A stretch of DNA of 64,000 nt from Pseudomonadales bacterium (GTDB taxonomy: Bacteria > Pseudomonadota > Gammaproteobacteria > Pseudomonadales > UBA5862), in assembly GCA_024234215.1 (NCBI GenBank), contig JACKOQ010000001.1, positions 671,674-735,673 of the forward strand, in the 5' to 3' direction. A program made the position numbers and the translations under genes. Under the pieces are notes generated by a model that saw only the letters and a list, made by a program, of their open reading frames with translations, was not told the DNA's origin and searched no databases. Of the stretch, positions 49,092 to 58,789 are shown one piece after another (position 1 is the stretch's first letter; every line of letters starts with the position of its first letter).

Positions 49092-50921
49092 TCAGCGCGA
49101 CAGCAGCCGGGCGAGGTGGCTGGCCAGTTGTGTGGCATCGATCTCGCCGACGATGCGTGAATCGGGCAGCTCCTGCCCCTTTGCATCGAGGAACAGCAGG
49201 GTCGGCGGACCAACGATGCGGTAGCGGTCGAGCAGGGCGCGTTGCGGGGCCTGATAGTCGGTGATGTCGGCGCGCAGTCGATGCAGCGGTGCCAACTGCG
49301 TGGTGACTGTCGGAAAGACCTCGCGCTCCAGCACCTTGCAGGCGATGCACCAGTCGGCATAGACATCGACCAGCGTGATGCGTCCGGCCGCCAGCGTCAG
49401 TTGCCGGTCGAGCCCCGGCAGATCGGTGATGTCGGTGAAGCTGGGATGCTCCACGGCGGCCGCCTGCCCCTGACGGATGCCCAGGCCATGCAGCGGCCGC
49501 AATGGGTCGGAACCGCCGGCGGCGGCGCCGAGCACCAGCGCCACGGCCCAGGCCAGCAGCAGCAGCCCGAGGGTCTGGCCCAGTTTGTGCCAGCCCGAGC
49601 CGTGGGCGGTGAACTCCAGCGCGCCGAGCAGCAGTGCGCCACCCAGCAGCAGCGCGGCCCACAGCAGCAGGGTGACCGGGCCGGGCAGCAGCCGCTCCAG
49701 CAGCCAGACCGCCACCCCGAGCAGCAGCAGGCCAAAGAACGACTTGACCCGCTCCATCCACGCGCCGGCCTTGGGCAGCAGATGGTTCCCCAGCGTGGCG
49801 AGCAGCAGCAGCGGAACGCCCATCCCCAGCCCGAGCGCGAAGAGCGCCGCACCACCCAGCCAGGCATCCTGGGTGGTGCTGATGTAGACCAGCGCACCGG
49901 CCAGCGGCGCCGAGACGCAGGGCGAAATCACCAGGGTCGAGAGGGCGCCCATCGCCATCGCGCCCAGCAGATGGCCATGGCTCATCTGCCGGTTGAGCTG
50001 GTCGAACCGGTTGCGCAGCGCTGCCGGCAGTTGCAGTTCATAGAGGCCGAACATCGACAGCGACAGCAGCACGAACAGCAGCGCAAAGCCGACCAGCAGC
50101 GGTGGCCACTGCAAATAGGCCTGCAGATTGAGCCTGGCGCCAAAGAGCCCGGTGAGGGCGCCGGCCACTGCCAGCGTCAGCGCCATGCTGACCACATAGA
50201 GCAGCGTCAGCAGCAGCGCCTGCATCCGGGTGGGGTGTTGCTCCCGGCCGACGACGATCGATGACAGAATCGGAATCATCGGCAGCACGCAGGGGGTGAA
50301 GCTGAGCCCGATGCCGGCCAGAAAGAACAGCCCCAGCACCACACTGAAGCGGGCACTGGCCAGCTTCTGGGCCAGCAGCGCGCTCGAATTGGCCGCTTCG
50401 GTGGTGGCGCTGCCGGCAGCAGCGGGGGGCGTGGCCGAACCGAGTTGCAGCCGCTCCGGGGGATAACAGAGCCCGGCTTCGGCGCAGCCCTGGAACTCCA
50501 CTTCGAGCAGCACCTCGGCGTCGCTGGTCACAGAGGTGGGCAGCGTCAGAGTGAAGTCGTGGTCGAACACCGCCACCTTGCCGAACAGCTCATCCTCTTT
50601 CTCTACAGCGTCCGGAAAGCGCGGCGTGCCGAGGGTGACGCCCGCCGGGGCGATCAGCCGGAACTTGAAGCGGTCGCGGTAGAGGTAGTAGCCAGCGGCC
50701 ACCTGCCAATCGATCTGCAATTCGCCTGCGCTCTGCCGCAACCGGGGCCGAAAGGCCTCGTTGACCGGCAGGAAGTGTGGCGTGCCGCTGTCACTTTGCA
50801 GCAGCGATTGCAGTTTCGTCGCCGAGGGCGAGGTCAGCGGCGGTGTCGGCTCGGCCTGAATGCCGCGCACCGCACCCAGCACAATGCCGAGTGTGAACAG
50901 CAGCAGGGTGAGCAGGCGCAT
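49092..50921 (-). CDS. dsbD: Thiol:disulfide interchange protein DsbD
   Basis: Signal peptide MRLLTLLLFTLGIVLGAV, an N-terminal periplasmic domain, a TM core with PCVLP and SPCV Cys motifs, and a C-terminal thioredoxin domain (WCIACK). The ORF-track extension to 51113 is rejected. Confidence 0.93.
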   Translation of the reverse strand: MRLLTLLLFTLGIVLGAVRGIQAEPTPPLTSPSATKLQSLLQSDSGTPHFLPVNEAFRPRLRQSAGELQIDWQVAAGYYLYRDRFKFRLIAPAGVTLGTPRFPDAVEKEDELFGKVAVFDHDFTLTLPTSVTSDAEVLLEVEFQGCAEAGLCYPPERLQLGSATPPAAAGSATTEAANSSALLAQKLASARFSVVLGLFFLAGIGLSFTPCVLPMIPILSSIVVGREQHPTRMQALLLTLLYVVSMALTLAVAGALTGLFGARLNLQAYLQWPPLLVGFALLFVLLSLSMFGLYELQLPAALRNRFDQLNRQMSHGHLLGAMAMGALSTLVISPCVSAPLAGALVYISTTQDAWLGGAALFALGLGMGVPLLLLATLGNHLLPKAGAWMERVKSFFGLLLLGVAVWLLERLLPGPVTLLLWAALLLGGALLLGALEFTAHGSGWHKLGQTLGLLLLAWAVALVLGAAAGGSDPLRPLHGLGIRQGQAAAVEHPSFTDITDLPGLDRQLTLAAGRITLVDVYADWCIACKVLEREVFPTVTTQLAPLHRLRADITDYQAPQRALLDRYRIVGPPTLLFLDAKGQELPDSRIVGEIDATQLASHLARLLSR

Positions 50922-51001
50922 GAATGGCAAGGGATTTTTTCCGTGAGGCGAAGACAGGCCGGGTTCGGCTGACGCCGGCGATTGTAGCAAAAGAGCGCGC
51001 C

Positions 51002-51030
51002 TTGACTGCACTTTGGGTGGGTGATTCAAT
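51002..51030 (+). promoter_or_regulatory. Sigma70-type promoter for the small Cys/His ORF
   Basis: TTGACT (51002-51007), a 17-nt spacer, TTCAAT (51025-51030). Confidence 0.5.
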
Positions 51031-51054
51031 CGGGGTCGATCAGCGGTGGCAGCG

Positions 51055-51249
51055 ATGGCAGAGATCATCTCCTTCAGCAAACAGAAAAAAGCACGGCGTG
51101 CCGCGCTGGCCAAGGGCAGAACGCTCTGCGCGAACGGCTTTCATCGCTGGAAGATCAGCAAGGATCAGCAGTTCGACGTCACCGCCGGCAAGCTGATCAC
51201 GGTGTGGCACTGTGAACGCTGCGACGCGGTGAAAAACAGCGCCCTGTGA
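51055..51249 (+). CDS. Small basic Cys/His-containing protein (64 aa), function unknown
   Basis: MAEIISFSKQKKARRAALAKGRTLCANGFHRWKISKDQQFDVTAGKLITVWHCERCDAVKNSAL. It has a C-x4-H ... H-C-x2-C arrangement, codon usage like its neighbours and its own promoter. Confidence 0.5.
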   Translation: MAEIISFSKQKKARRAALAKGRTLCANGFHRWKISKDQQFDVTAGKLITVWHCERCDAVKNSAL

Positions 51250-51320
51250 CCCGCCGCGCCGACCGCTCCGGTGCAGTGCAACCATCACAACGACCCGGCC
51301 GTGGCCGCATGGAGCAGCGC

Positions 51321-52724
51321 ATGAGTTCAGAGCCTCGGGACTCCACCCCCTTCATTCAGGCATTGCGCGACATCGTCGGGCCATCCGGCCTGCTCACCGG
51401 CGAGGATTCGGTGCGCATCAAGGGTGGGCTGGTGCGGCCGGGCAAGGCGCCGCCGCCACACATTCTGCTGCGCCCGGCCAGCACGGAGGAGGTCTCGGCT
51501 GTGCTGCGACTGTGCAATGACGCCGGCTATCAGGTGGTGCCACAGGGCGGCATGACCGGCCTGGTGGAGGGGGCGGAGATCGCCGCCGGGCAGGTGGCGC
51601 TGTCGCTGGAGCGCATGAGCGCGATCGAGGAGATCGACACCCTGAGTGGCACGCTGCTGGCGCAGGCCGGCGTGCCGCTGCAGGCGGCGCAGGAGGCGGC
51701 CGAAGCGGCTGGCTGGATGTTGCCGCTCGACCTCGGCGGGCGCGGCAGCGCCACTCTCGGCGGCAATGTCGGCACCAACGCTGGCGGCAACCGGGTGATC
51801 CGCTACGGCATGACCCGGGCGATGGTGATGGGGCTCGAAGTGGTGCTGGCCGATGGCACCATCCTCACTTCGCTGAAGAAAATCCTCAAGGACAACAGCG
51901 GCTACGACCTCAAGCAGCTCTTCATCGGCGCCGAAGGCACGCTGGGCGTGGTGACCCGCATCCTGTTGCGACTCACCCCGAAGCCGGCCAGCCAGGAGAC
52001 CGCCCTGGTCGCACTGAACGACTTCGCCTCGGTCACCGCGCTGCTGAACCATGCCAAACGGCAGCTCGATGGCACGCTGAGCGCCTTCGAGGTGATGTGG
52101 AACGGCTTCTACAGCGCCGTCACCACGCCGCCGGCACCGCACCAGCCGCCGCTGCCGGGCCATTTTCCGTTCTATGTGCTGATCGAGGCGCTCGGCAGCG
52201 ATCCGCAGCAGGACCATCCGCGCTTCGAGCGGGCGATGAGCGCGGCACTGGAGTCGGGGCTGATCAGCGATGCGGTGGTGGCAAAGTCGGAGGCCGAACG
52301 GCACCGACTCTGGGCGCTGCGTGACGACGTCGCCCAGCTTGGCCGCTACTACCCGCTCACCGGCTTTGACATCAGCCTGCCGCTGGAGGCGATGGAGGCC
52401 TACCTGAGCGCAGTCGAACAGCGGCTGAAGGCCGACTGGGAACAGACGCGGCTGATCATCTTTGGCCACCTCGGCGATGGCAATCTGCATCTGGCCGTCA
52501 GCCTGCGCGCCGACAGCAGCGAAGAGCGGCAGCGGGTCGAAGAGATCGTCTACAGCGAACTGGCGAGCCGCAATGGCTCCATCTCGGCCGAACATGGCAT
52601 TGGCCTGCAAAAGAAAGCCTACCTGCACCACTGCCGCAGCGCCGATGAAGTGGCGCTGATGCGACGCATCAAGCAGGCGCTCGACCCCAGGGGCACCCTC
52701 AACCCCGGCAAGATTTTTGACTGA
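51321..52724 (+). CDS. FAD-linked oxidase (GlcD / D-2-hydroxyacid dehydrogenase family)
   Basis: FAD-binding PCMH domain (VVPQGGMTGLVEGA; GGNVGTNAGGNRVIRYGMTRAMVMGLEVVLADG; GYDLKQLFIGAEGTLGVVT) and a C-terminal ISAEHGIG. ATG 51321 lies 6 nt after GGAG. Confidence 0.9.
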   Translation: MSSEPRDSTPFIQALRDIVGPSGLLTGEDSVRIKGGLVRPGKAPPPHILLRPASTEEVSAVLRLCNDAGYQVVPQGGMTGLVEGAEIAAGQVALSLERMSAIEEIDTLSGTLLAQAGVPLQAAQEAAEAAGWMLPLDLGGRGSATLGGNVGTNAGGNRVIRYGMTRAMVMGLEVVLADGTILTSLKKILKDNSGYDLKQLFIGAEGTLGVVTRILLRLTPKPASQETALVALNDFASVTALLNHAKRQLDGTLSAFEVMWNGFYSAVTTPPAPHQPPLPGHFPFYVLIEALGSDPQQDHPRFERAMSAALESGLISDAVVAKSEAERHRLWALRDDVAQLGRYYPLTGFDISLPLEAMEAYLSAVEQRLKADWEQTRLIIFGHLGDGNLHLAVSLRADSSEERQRVEEIVYSELASRNGSISAEHGIGLQKKAYLHHCRSADEVALMRRIKQALDPRGTLNPGKIFD

Positions 52725-52763
52725 AAACAAGAAGTCGCGCAGCGCGACAAGGAGCACCGCACG

Positions 52764-54311
52764 ATGAACGGCGCAGAGAGCCTGATCAAGACCCTGCTCA
52801 ACAATGGCGTGGAGGTCTGTTTCACCAACCCCGGTACCTCAGAGATGCACTTCGTCGCCGCGCTCGACAGCATGCCCGGCATGCGTGCCGTGCTCGGACT
52901 GTTCGAAGGGGTCGCCACCGGCGCCGCCGATGGCTATGCGCGCATGGCCGGCAAACCGGCCTGCACCCTGCTCCACCTGGGAGCGGGGCTCGGCAACGGC
53001 ATCGCCAACCTGCACAACGCCCGGCGCGCCTACACGCCGGTGGTCAACATCGTCGGTGACCACGCCACCTACCACAAGCAGTACGATGCACCCTTGCAGT
53101 CCGACATCGAGAGCATTGCCCGTGGCGTGTCGGGCTGGGTGCGCACCACCGCCGATCCGCGCTCGGTGGCCGCCGATGCAGCCGAGGCGGTGGCGGCGGC
53201 GATGGGGCCGCCCGGGCAGGTGGCCACGCTGATCCTGCCGGCCGACAACTCCTGGAGCGAAGCCGCCGAAGAGGCCTGGCCGGCCAACCCGCCGGTCACG
53301 GCGCGCACGGTGCCTGCCGAACGCATCGGGCGCATCGCCGCCATCCTGCAAAAAAAGGAGCCCGCGCTCTTTCTGCTCAATGGCACCGTATTGCTGGCGC
53401 CGGGCCTGGAACTGGCCGGACGCATCGCCGGCAAAAGCGGCGCAAAACTCTACAGCGAGACCTTTGCCGCCCGCGTCCAGCGTGGTGCTGGCGCCATCCC
53501 GATCGAGCGTTTTCCCTACTTCGGCGACCAGGCACGCGAAGTGATGGCCAGCGTGCGGCACCTGATTCTGGTCGGCGCCAAGGCGCCGGTCGCCTTCTTC
53601 GCCTATCCCGGTCAGCCCAGCAACTTCACCCCCGATGGCTGCCAGATCCACACGCTGGCCCGTCTCGATGAAGATGGCACCGGTGCACTGCGGATGCTGG
53701 CCGACGCACTCGGCGCCGGCGCCGAGCATGGTCGGCCGGCCGAACCGTTCCGTCCGCCGCTGCCAACTGGCGCGCTCGACAGCGCCAGCGTCGCCGCCAC
53801 ACTCGGTGCGCTGCTGCCCGAACGGGCCATCGTCTGCGATGAGGCCGTCACCGCCGGCTTCGCCATTCCGGCGGCGACCCAGGGCGCACCGCTGCACGAC
53901 TGGCTGTCGCTGACCGGTGGCGCCATCGGTCAGGGCCTGCCGCTGGCGATCGGCGCCGCCATCGCCTGTCCCGACCGCAAGGTGGTCTCGCTCGAAGGCG
54001 ACGGCAGCGCCATGTACACCATCCAGGCGCTCTGGACCCAGGCGCGCGAGAACCTCGACATCACCACCGTGATCTTCAACAACGCCTCCTACGCCATCCT
54101 GCAGTTCGAACTGATGCGGGTCGGCGTGATGCAGGCCGGCCCCAACGCCAACAAGGTGCTCAACCTCGGCAACCCCCGGCTCAACTTTGCCGAAATGGCC
54201 CGCGCCATGGGCGTGCCGGCCGCACGGGTCACCTCGGCCGCCGAATTCAACGACAAGTTTGCCGAAGCCATGGCCCAGCGCGGCCCGCGGCTGATCGAGG
54301 TGATGTTGTAG
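52764..54311 (+). CDS. Thiamine-pyrophosphate-binding enzyme, acetolactate-synthase-large-subunit-like (515 aa)
   Basis: N-terminal Pyr domain (NGAESLIKTLLNNGVEVCFTNPGTSEMHF...GAADGYARM) and a C-terminal PP domain with the TPP motif (EGDGSAMYTIQALWT...NN). Confidence 0.85.
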   Translation: MNGAESLIKTLLNNGVEVCFTNPGTSEMHFVAALDSMPGMRAVLGLFEGVATGAADGYARMAGKPACTLLHLGAGLGNGIANLHNARRAYTPVVNIVGDHATYHKQYDAPLQSDIESIARGVSGWVRTTADPRSVAADAAEAVAAAMGPPGQVATLILPADNSWSEAAEEAWPANPPVTARTVPAERIGRIAAILQKKEPALFLLNGTVLLAPGLELAGRIAGKSGAKLYSETFAARVQRGAGAIPIERFPYFGDQAREVMASVRHLILVGAKAPVAFFAYPGQPSNFTPDGCQIHTLARLDEDGTGALRMLADALGAGAEHGRPAEPFRPPLPTGALDSASVAATLGALLPERAIVCDEAVTAGFAIPAATQGAPLHDWLSLTGGAIGQGLPLAIGAAIACPDRKVVSLEGDGSAMYTIQALWTQARENLDITTVIFNNASYAILQFELMRVGVMQAGPNANKVLNLGNPRLNFAEMARAMGVPAARVTSAAEFNDKFAEAMAQRGPRLIEVML

Positions 54312-54368
54312 GGGGAGTGAGCAGCAAGCGTCTCTGCGTTCTCTCTTCGGATTCTTGGGGCTCTGAAA

Positions 54369-54566
54369 GTGTCCGAGTTCAACATTGCACTGTTGGGTCT
54401 TCTGGGTGCCGTTGTGGGTGCGGTTCCCGTTTTGGTCGGGGTGGTCGGTGCGTGGTTCAAAGATCGTGATCGCATTGCCACAGAGAAACGCACCCTGGAA
54501 CTCGCCAAGCTTGAGGTCGAATTCGTGTCGGCTTGGATAGACACGGCGGCAAAATTTTGGAGATGA
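54369..54566 (+). CDS. Short ORF encoding one TM helix plus a charged helix (possibly a gene remnant)
   Basis: GTG start; LLGLLGAVVGAVPVLVGVVGAWF followed by KDRDRIATEKRTLELAKLEVEF. It lies in the lower-GC stretch 54.3-55.0 kb. A 1-nt shift at its stop would continue the reading frame for another ~60 codons. Confidence 0.25.
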   Translation: MSEFNIALLGLLGAVVGAVPVLVGVVGAWFKDRDRIATEKRTLELAKLEVEFVSAWIDTAAKFWR

Positions 54567-55031
54567 AGTGGAAACGCAAAGGCCATGGCAAGAGCACGAT
54601 TATGTCGTCTTCTCGCCGACGAAGCGCCCACTGAAATGCGATCCAGCGGTGGTCCGATCAGAAGCGCGAAAGGTAACGGCAGGACTGCTTTTTGATTTAT
54701 CGCTTCTACTGCTTCATGATCTTCGGTGCATCGATAGATGATGACAACAACGTGTCACTGTCTCACCTGATGAATGAACTCCAGGGCGAGGGTGCAGGTG
54801 CCATGACAGTGCTTGCAGTTCCATTGGTAGTCCTCTTGGTCAGGTGGCGCCGGTTAGTGAAACGGGCAAGCCATGGGCTGCATGAGTGTGTATCCCGGGT
54901 CATCATGCAGAGCCTCACAGGTGTCGCCACACCCATGAAGAGGCGCCAGTGAGGCAGGAGTGATCGATCAGCTCAAAGCTGGGCGTCGAAGTTGCTGAGC
55001 GATCTCCATTTTCGTGTGATTCCGTTTCATT

Positions 55032-58000
55032 TTATGAGAGGTGCCGGGGCTCTGCCGTATAGCACTTGGCTGCCTCATTCCCGCAGTATTGCGTTGCTCG
55101 GTGCAGGCAAGAGTCACGCTCCCGCAGCACACTGAACTCCTGGAACAGCGCAACCGGCAGCGGAACCGCGAGCTTCCAGTAGATGGTCATGGGCTTGGCG
55201 CCCTCGGCCCGTTCCAGCAGCACCGGGCCGCAGGCGCGGTAGGGATCGCCCTTGGCCTTGCGCACGAAGAGCTGAAAGGTCCAGCCGTTGCCCAGACTCT
55301 CCAGGTAACGGCGTCCGGCCGCGGTTTCAGGGCCGGCCGGAATTCTGCGACTGCCAGTGAAAGCGCTCGGGCTGATGGCGTAGTCGTGATAGGCGATGCG
55401 CTCGTGGTAACCCTCGCGTTTGTCGAGGGTGACGAACAACAGTTGGACCTTGCGCTCCGGCAGGGGCCAGGGTGCCGGCCTGGAAGGGCTGCCGGCGCTC
55501 GGCGGACAGCCAGCCGACCGCGGTCAGGATCTCGCGGATGCCGTAGCCGGCGATGCAGGCACAGCGGCAGGTCTTCGAGCCCCGGCACGGGTTTGTGCAG
55601 CAGGACGCTGCTCGCCTGCAGCGCCTCGGCGATTTCACCAACTTCCGCGCGGTGCTCCGATGACAGGCGCTTGACGAACTGCTCGCCGCTGCCGGTTTGC
55701 CGGTGCTGTGCATCCACCTGATAGGCCAGCATCTGCAGCAGTCGGCGCTCGTGTTCGCCTTTGCGGTCGGTACTCGGGCGCCGGTTCGGCAACCTTCAGC
55801 AGCAGGTCGATGCGCTCCGGGGTCATCCAGGTGCAGCAGATCGCCGAAGCGGCGCCCGAAATAATCGTCCTCGCTGCCTGGGGGCGTGGTCAGCAGCCCG
55901 GCGTCGCGCTTGAGGTTGGTCCAGCCGGAACGGCCGCTGTCGCGGTAGAGGTCTTCGAGCTCGATGGCCTGTTCGCGCAGGAAATCGACCAGGCGCACAT
56001 GGTTCCGGCCGCGCAACGCGCGTAGGCCTGCAGCTCCGTGCGCAGGCGGCGCCAGTTCTGCTGCACCAGCCGGCGCAGGCTGCCCAGCACCTGCTCCCGC
56101 GCCTGGCGCTGCAGGTGGATGTGGCAGCCGGGTGGCAGGGCGTTGGAAACCCTTGTCGACGGCTTCGATCAATCGGCCGCGCGGCAATCCGGTGAGGGTG
56201 GACAGCAGGCGGTCGAAGCGGAATTCCTGCCGGTGCCGGCCGACGAAGTCGAGAATCAGGCAGCTTTCCTTGCCGGCAGCCAGGCGCAGGCCGCGGGCCG
56301 ATCTGCTGCTGAAACAGCACCGGGCTCTGCGTGGGACGCAGCAGCAACAGGGTGTCGACCAGCGGCAGATCGACGCCTTCGTTGTACAGGTCGCAGGTGA
56401 CGATGGCGGCGATCTCGCCGCGGGCGAGCCGCTGCGGCGCCCGGCGTCGTTCCTCGGTCGCGGTATATCGCCGACGACGCAGACCGCCGGATGCCGGCCG
56501 CGTTGAGCTTGGCAGTCATGTACTGCGCATGGGCGACCGAGACGCAAAACACCAGCGCCCGGCCACGCGCCGGGTCGCCCGCCAGGCGGCGCCATTCGTT
56601 GAGCACCAGCCGCGCACGGACGTCGTTGCCGGTCACCAGCTTGTCGATGGCGGAAACTTCACCCGGCTGCTGCCAGGGGCGTCGGAAAAATCCGTGTCGT
56701 CGTCGCAGGCGTAGTACTCGAACAGGCAGAGCAGTTGCAGGTCGAGCGCGTGCCACAGCCGCAATTCGACCGCCGGCGAACCATCCGGGCGATTGTCGAA
56801 GTAACCGAGGATGGGCTTGCCGTCGCTGCGCTCAGGGGGTGGCCGTGAGGCCGAGCAGCACGCGCGGGCGAACGGTGGTGACGAAGGCGTCGAAGCGATC
56901 GGCCGTCAGCCGGTGGCACTCATCCACCACCACGGGTGCCAGTACTCTCTCCCCCAGCGGCCCACGAGACCGCGCGCCGTCAGGCTGTCGATGGTGGCGA
57001 ATACATGATCGAACTGCGCGGCGCGCTGCCGCCGACCAGCAGCTCACCGAAAGGCATGGTCGCGCAGCACCTCCCGGTAGGTGCGCAGCGCCTGTTTGAG
57101 GATTTCCTCCCGATGGGCGACGAAAAGCAGCCGCGGACGACCCGCCCCAGGGCGCAACTGCGCCGGTAATCGAAGGCGGCGACCACGGTCTTGCCGGTGC
57201 CGGTGGCCGCGACGACCAGATTGCGCCAGCGCCCATGTTATTCACGCTCGTTGTGCAGCTGATCGAGCATCTGCTGCTGGTAGGCCTTGGGTTGCAGGTC
57301 GAAATAGGTCGGACGGGCGATGACGTCGTCGCCGGCTTCGCGCTGGAGCGCTACCCCGAGCGCTGCCCGGTGCTGTGGATTGGCCGGATCGTAGGGCTGA
57401 AATTCGCTGTCTTCCCACAGGGTCTCGAAGTGCGCCTGGGCGCGCCTGAACAGGTCCGACTGGCCGCGCTCGGTGAACTTCACGGTCCTCCAGGCCACCC
57501 ATCAGCGCGGCGCCCGACAGATTGGCGCTGCCCACATAGGCCGAGCCGAAGCCGCTGCGGCGCTGGAACAGCCAGGCCTTGGCGTGCAGGCGGGTGCGGC
57601 GGCCGTCCAGCGACACCCGGATTTCGCAGCCGGGCAGGCCGGCCAACTCGTCGAGCGCCCGGATTTCCGTGGCGCCGGTGTAGGTGGTGGTCAGGATGCG
57701 CAGTCGCGTGCGCGGCTGGCCGTCGGCGCCGACTGCAGTCGCGGATTGCAGGATGTCGAGCAGCTTGCGCACGCCGGTGGGTGATGAAGCTGACCAGAAT
57801 GTCCACCTGATCACAGGCCGCCAGCTCGCGGCGCAGCTCGGACAGCAGCGATGGCGAGCCCTTGCCGGCAGTGAACAGCCAGGGCAGCGCCAGGCCGGTA
57901 TCAGGAAAGGTGGGTGCTGGCGTGTGGCGGTGCACAGCCTGCAGCAGTTGCAACGGTGCGGCGAGCGGATCGATTTCTGCCGCCGGTGGTGCAAAGGCGC

Positions 58001-58212
58001 TGACGCGCGTTCACCAGCAGCGCGTTGGCCAGCTCCAGTTGGCGTTGCAGCTTGTCGGCGCCGTCGCCCTGAAGTTCATCGAGTATCTGGGCGATCTGCG
58101 CGGCGATCGCCTCGGCCAGCCGCTCCGGCGCGTCTTCGGCCGACAGGGAAGCGAGTGTGCGGCTCTGCTCGTCCGTCGCGCGGAAAAGCGCCCGGCGCAG
58201 CGATATGCTCAT
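55032..58212 (-). pseudogene. Frameshift-riddled PLD-nuclease / SF2 (ResIII-DEAD) helicase / DUF3427 gene
   Basis: Conserved pieces occur in the right order but in different frames. These are: the N-terminus MSISLRR... (58212); the HKD motif RLHAKAWLF...GSAYVGSANLS (~57.55 kb); WRTVKFTERG...FDLQPKAYQQQMLDQL (57.49-57.24 kb); Walker A RNLVVAATGTGKT (~57.2 kb); DECH and LGLTATP (~56.9 kb); helicase-C pieces (56.7-56.2 kb); FHWQSQNS and LFVRKAKG...PMTIYWKL of DUF3427 (55.4-55.1 kb). At least 8 frame changes are needed to link them. Confidence 0.8.
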
Positions 58213-58498
58213 GCACCCGAATCCGCGGCGCGATCTTGTCCTTTAATTCGCGCGTGGCGACGCGCATGTCGTATTCCGTTTGCAGGTTCATCCAGAACCG
58301 CGCGTCCATGCCGAAATAGAGGCCCAGGCGCAGCGCGGTGTCGGCGGTGATGGGGCGGCGACCGTTGACCAGTTCGCTGATGCGGCTGGGGGAGACGTCC
58401 ATGTCGGCCGCGAGCTGGCGCGCGGTGATGCCCATCGGTTTCATGAACTCTTCCAGCAGGATTTCGCCGGGGTGGATTTCGTCGAGCAATTCCGCCAT
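58076..58498 (-). CDS. higA: HigA-family antitoxin (XRE-type HTH)
   Basis: IHPGEILLEEFMKPMGITARQLAADMDVSPSRISELVNGRRPITADTALRLGLYFGMDARFWMNLQTEYD. The ORF runs ~40 codons beyond the usual HigA length and overlaps the helicase pseudogene start. Confidence 0.85.
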   Translation of the reverse strand: MAELLDEIHPGEILLEEFMKPMGITARQLAADMDVSPSRISELVNGRRPITADTALRLGLYFGMDARFWMNLQTEYDMRVATRELKDKIAPRIRVHEHIAAPGAFPRDGRAEPHTRFPVGRRRAGAAGRGDRRADRPDTR

Positions 58499-58507
58499 GT
58501 CCCGCTC

Positions 58508-58783
58508 CTAGTGGTAGTCCACGATCTCGACCCGGTGCGCGCCGTCCTGTTGCCAGAGAAGCAGGCGCCACTGGTCGTTGATCCGGATGCTGTGCTGCCC
58601 GGTGCGGTCGCCCTTCAGCGCTTCGAGCTGGTTGCCAGGAGGAACTTTCAGACTGGCCAGCTCGGTGGCGGCGTGCAGTTGCAGCAGCTTGCGTCGCGCC
58701 ACGCGCTCGATGTTCCTGAATCGCGGCACCGACTGGCTATGGAAAGGCGTTTCAGTGTCGGGACAGGCGAACGTGTGGATCAT
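58508..58783 (-). CDS. higB: HigB-type toxin (RelE/ParE superfamily, plasmid-maintenance killer protein family)
   Basis: 91 aa with LKGDRTGQHSIRINDQWRLLLWQQDGAHRVEIVDYH at the C-terminus. The toxin gene precedes the antitoxin, which is the higBA order. Confidence 0.85.
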   Translation of the reverse strand: MIHTFACPDTETPFHSQSVPRFRNIERVARRKLLQLHAATELASLKVPPGNQLEALKGDRTGQHSIRINDQWRLLLWQQDGAHRVEIVDYH

Positions 58784-58789
58784 GGATCA

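Noticed and set aside
54089-54952. ORFs 54089-54631 (minus, 180 aa) and 54692-54952 (plus, 86 aa) as genes.
   Set aside because: The first is mostly antisense to the TPP-enzyme gene and has a low-complexity translation. The second has no RBS or motif and lies in the degraded lower-GC stretch. It is mentioned only as a possible remnant.
55032-58212. Treating the many short ORFs in this span (for example 55327-56595, 56256-56756, 57242-57994 and 57480-57953) as separate genes, or attributing the frameshifts to sequencing error.
   Set aside because: The fragments are colinear pieces of one known domain architecture, so they are reported as a single pseudogene. Sequencing error cannot be excluded without reads. 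It is unlikely, because all other genes, including the 10.5-kb tpsA and the 4.5-kb gltB, are uninterrupted.
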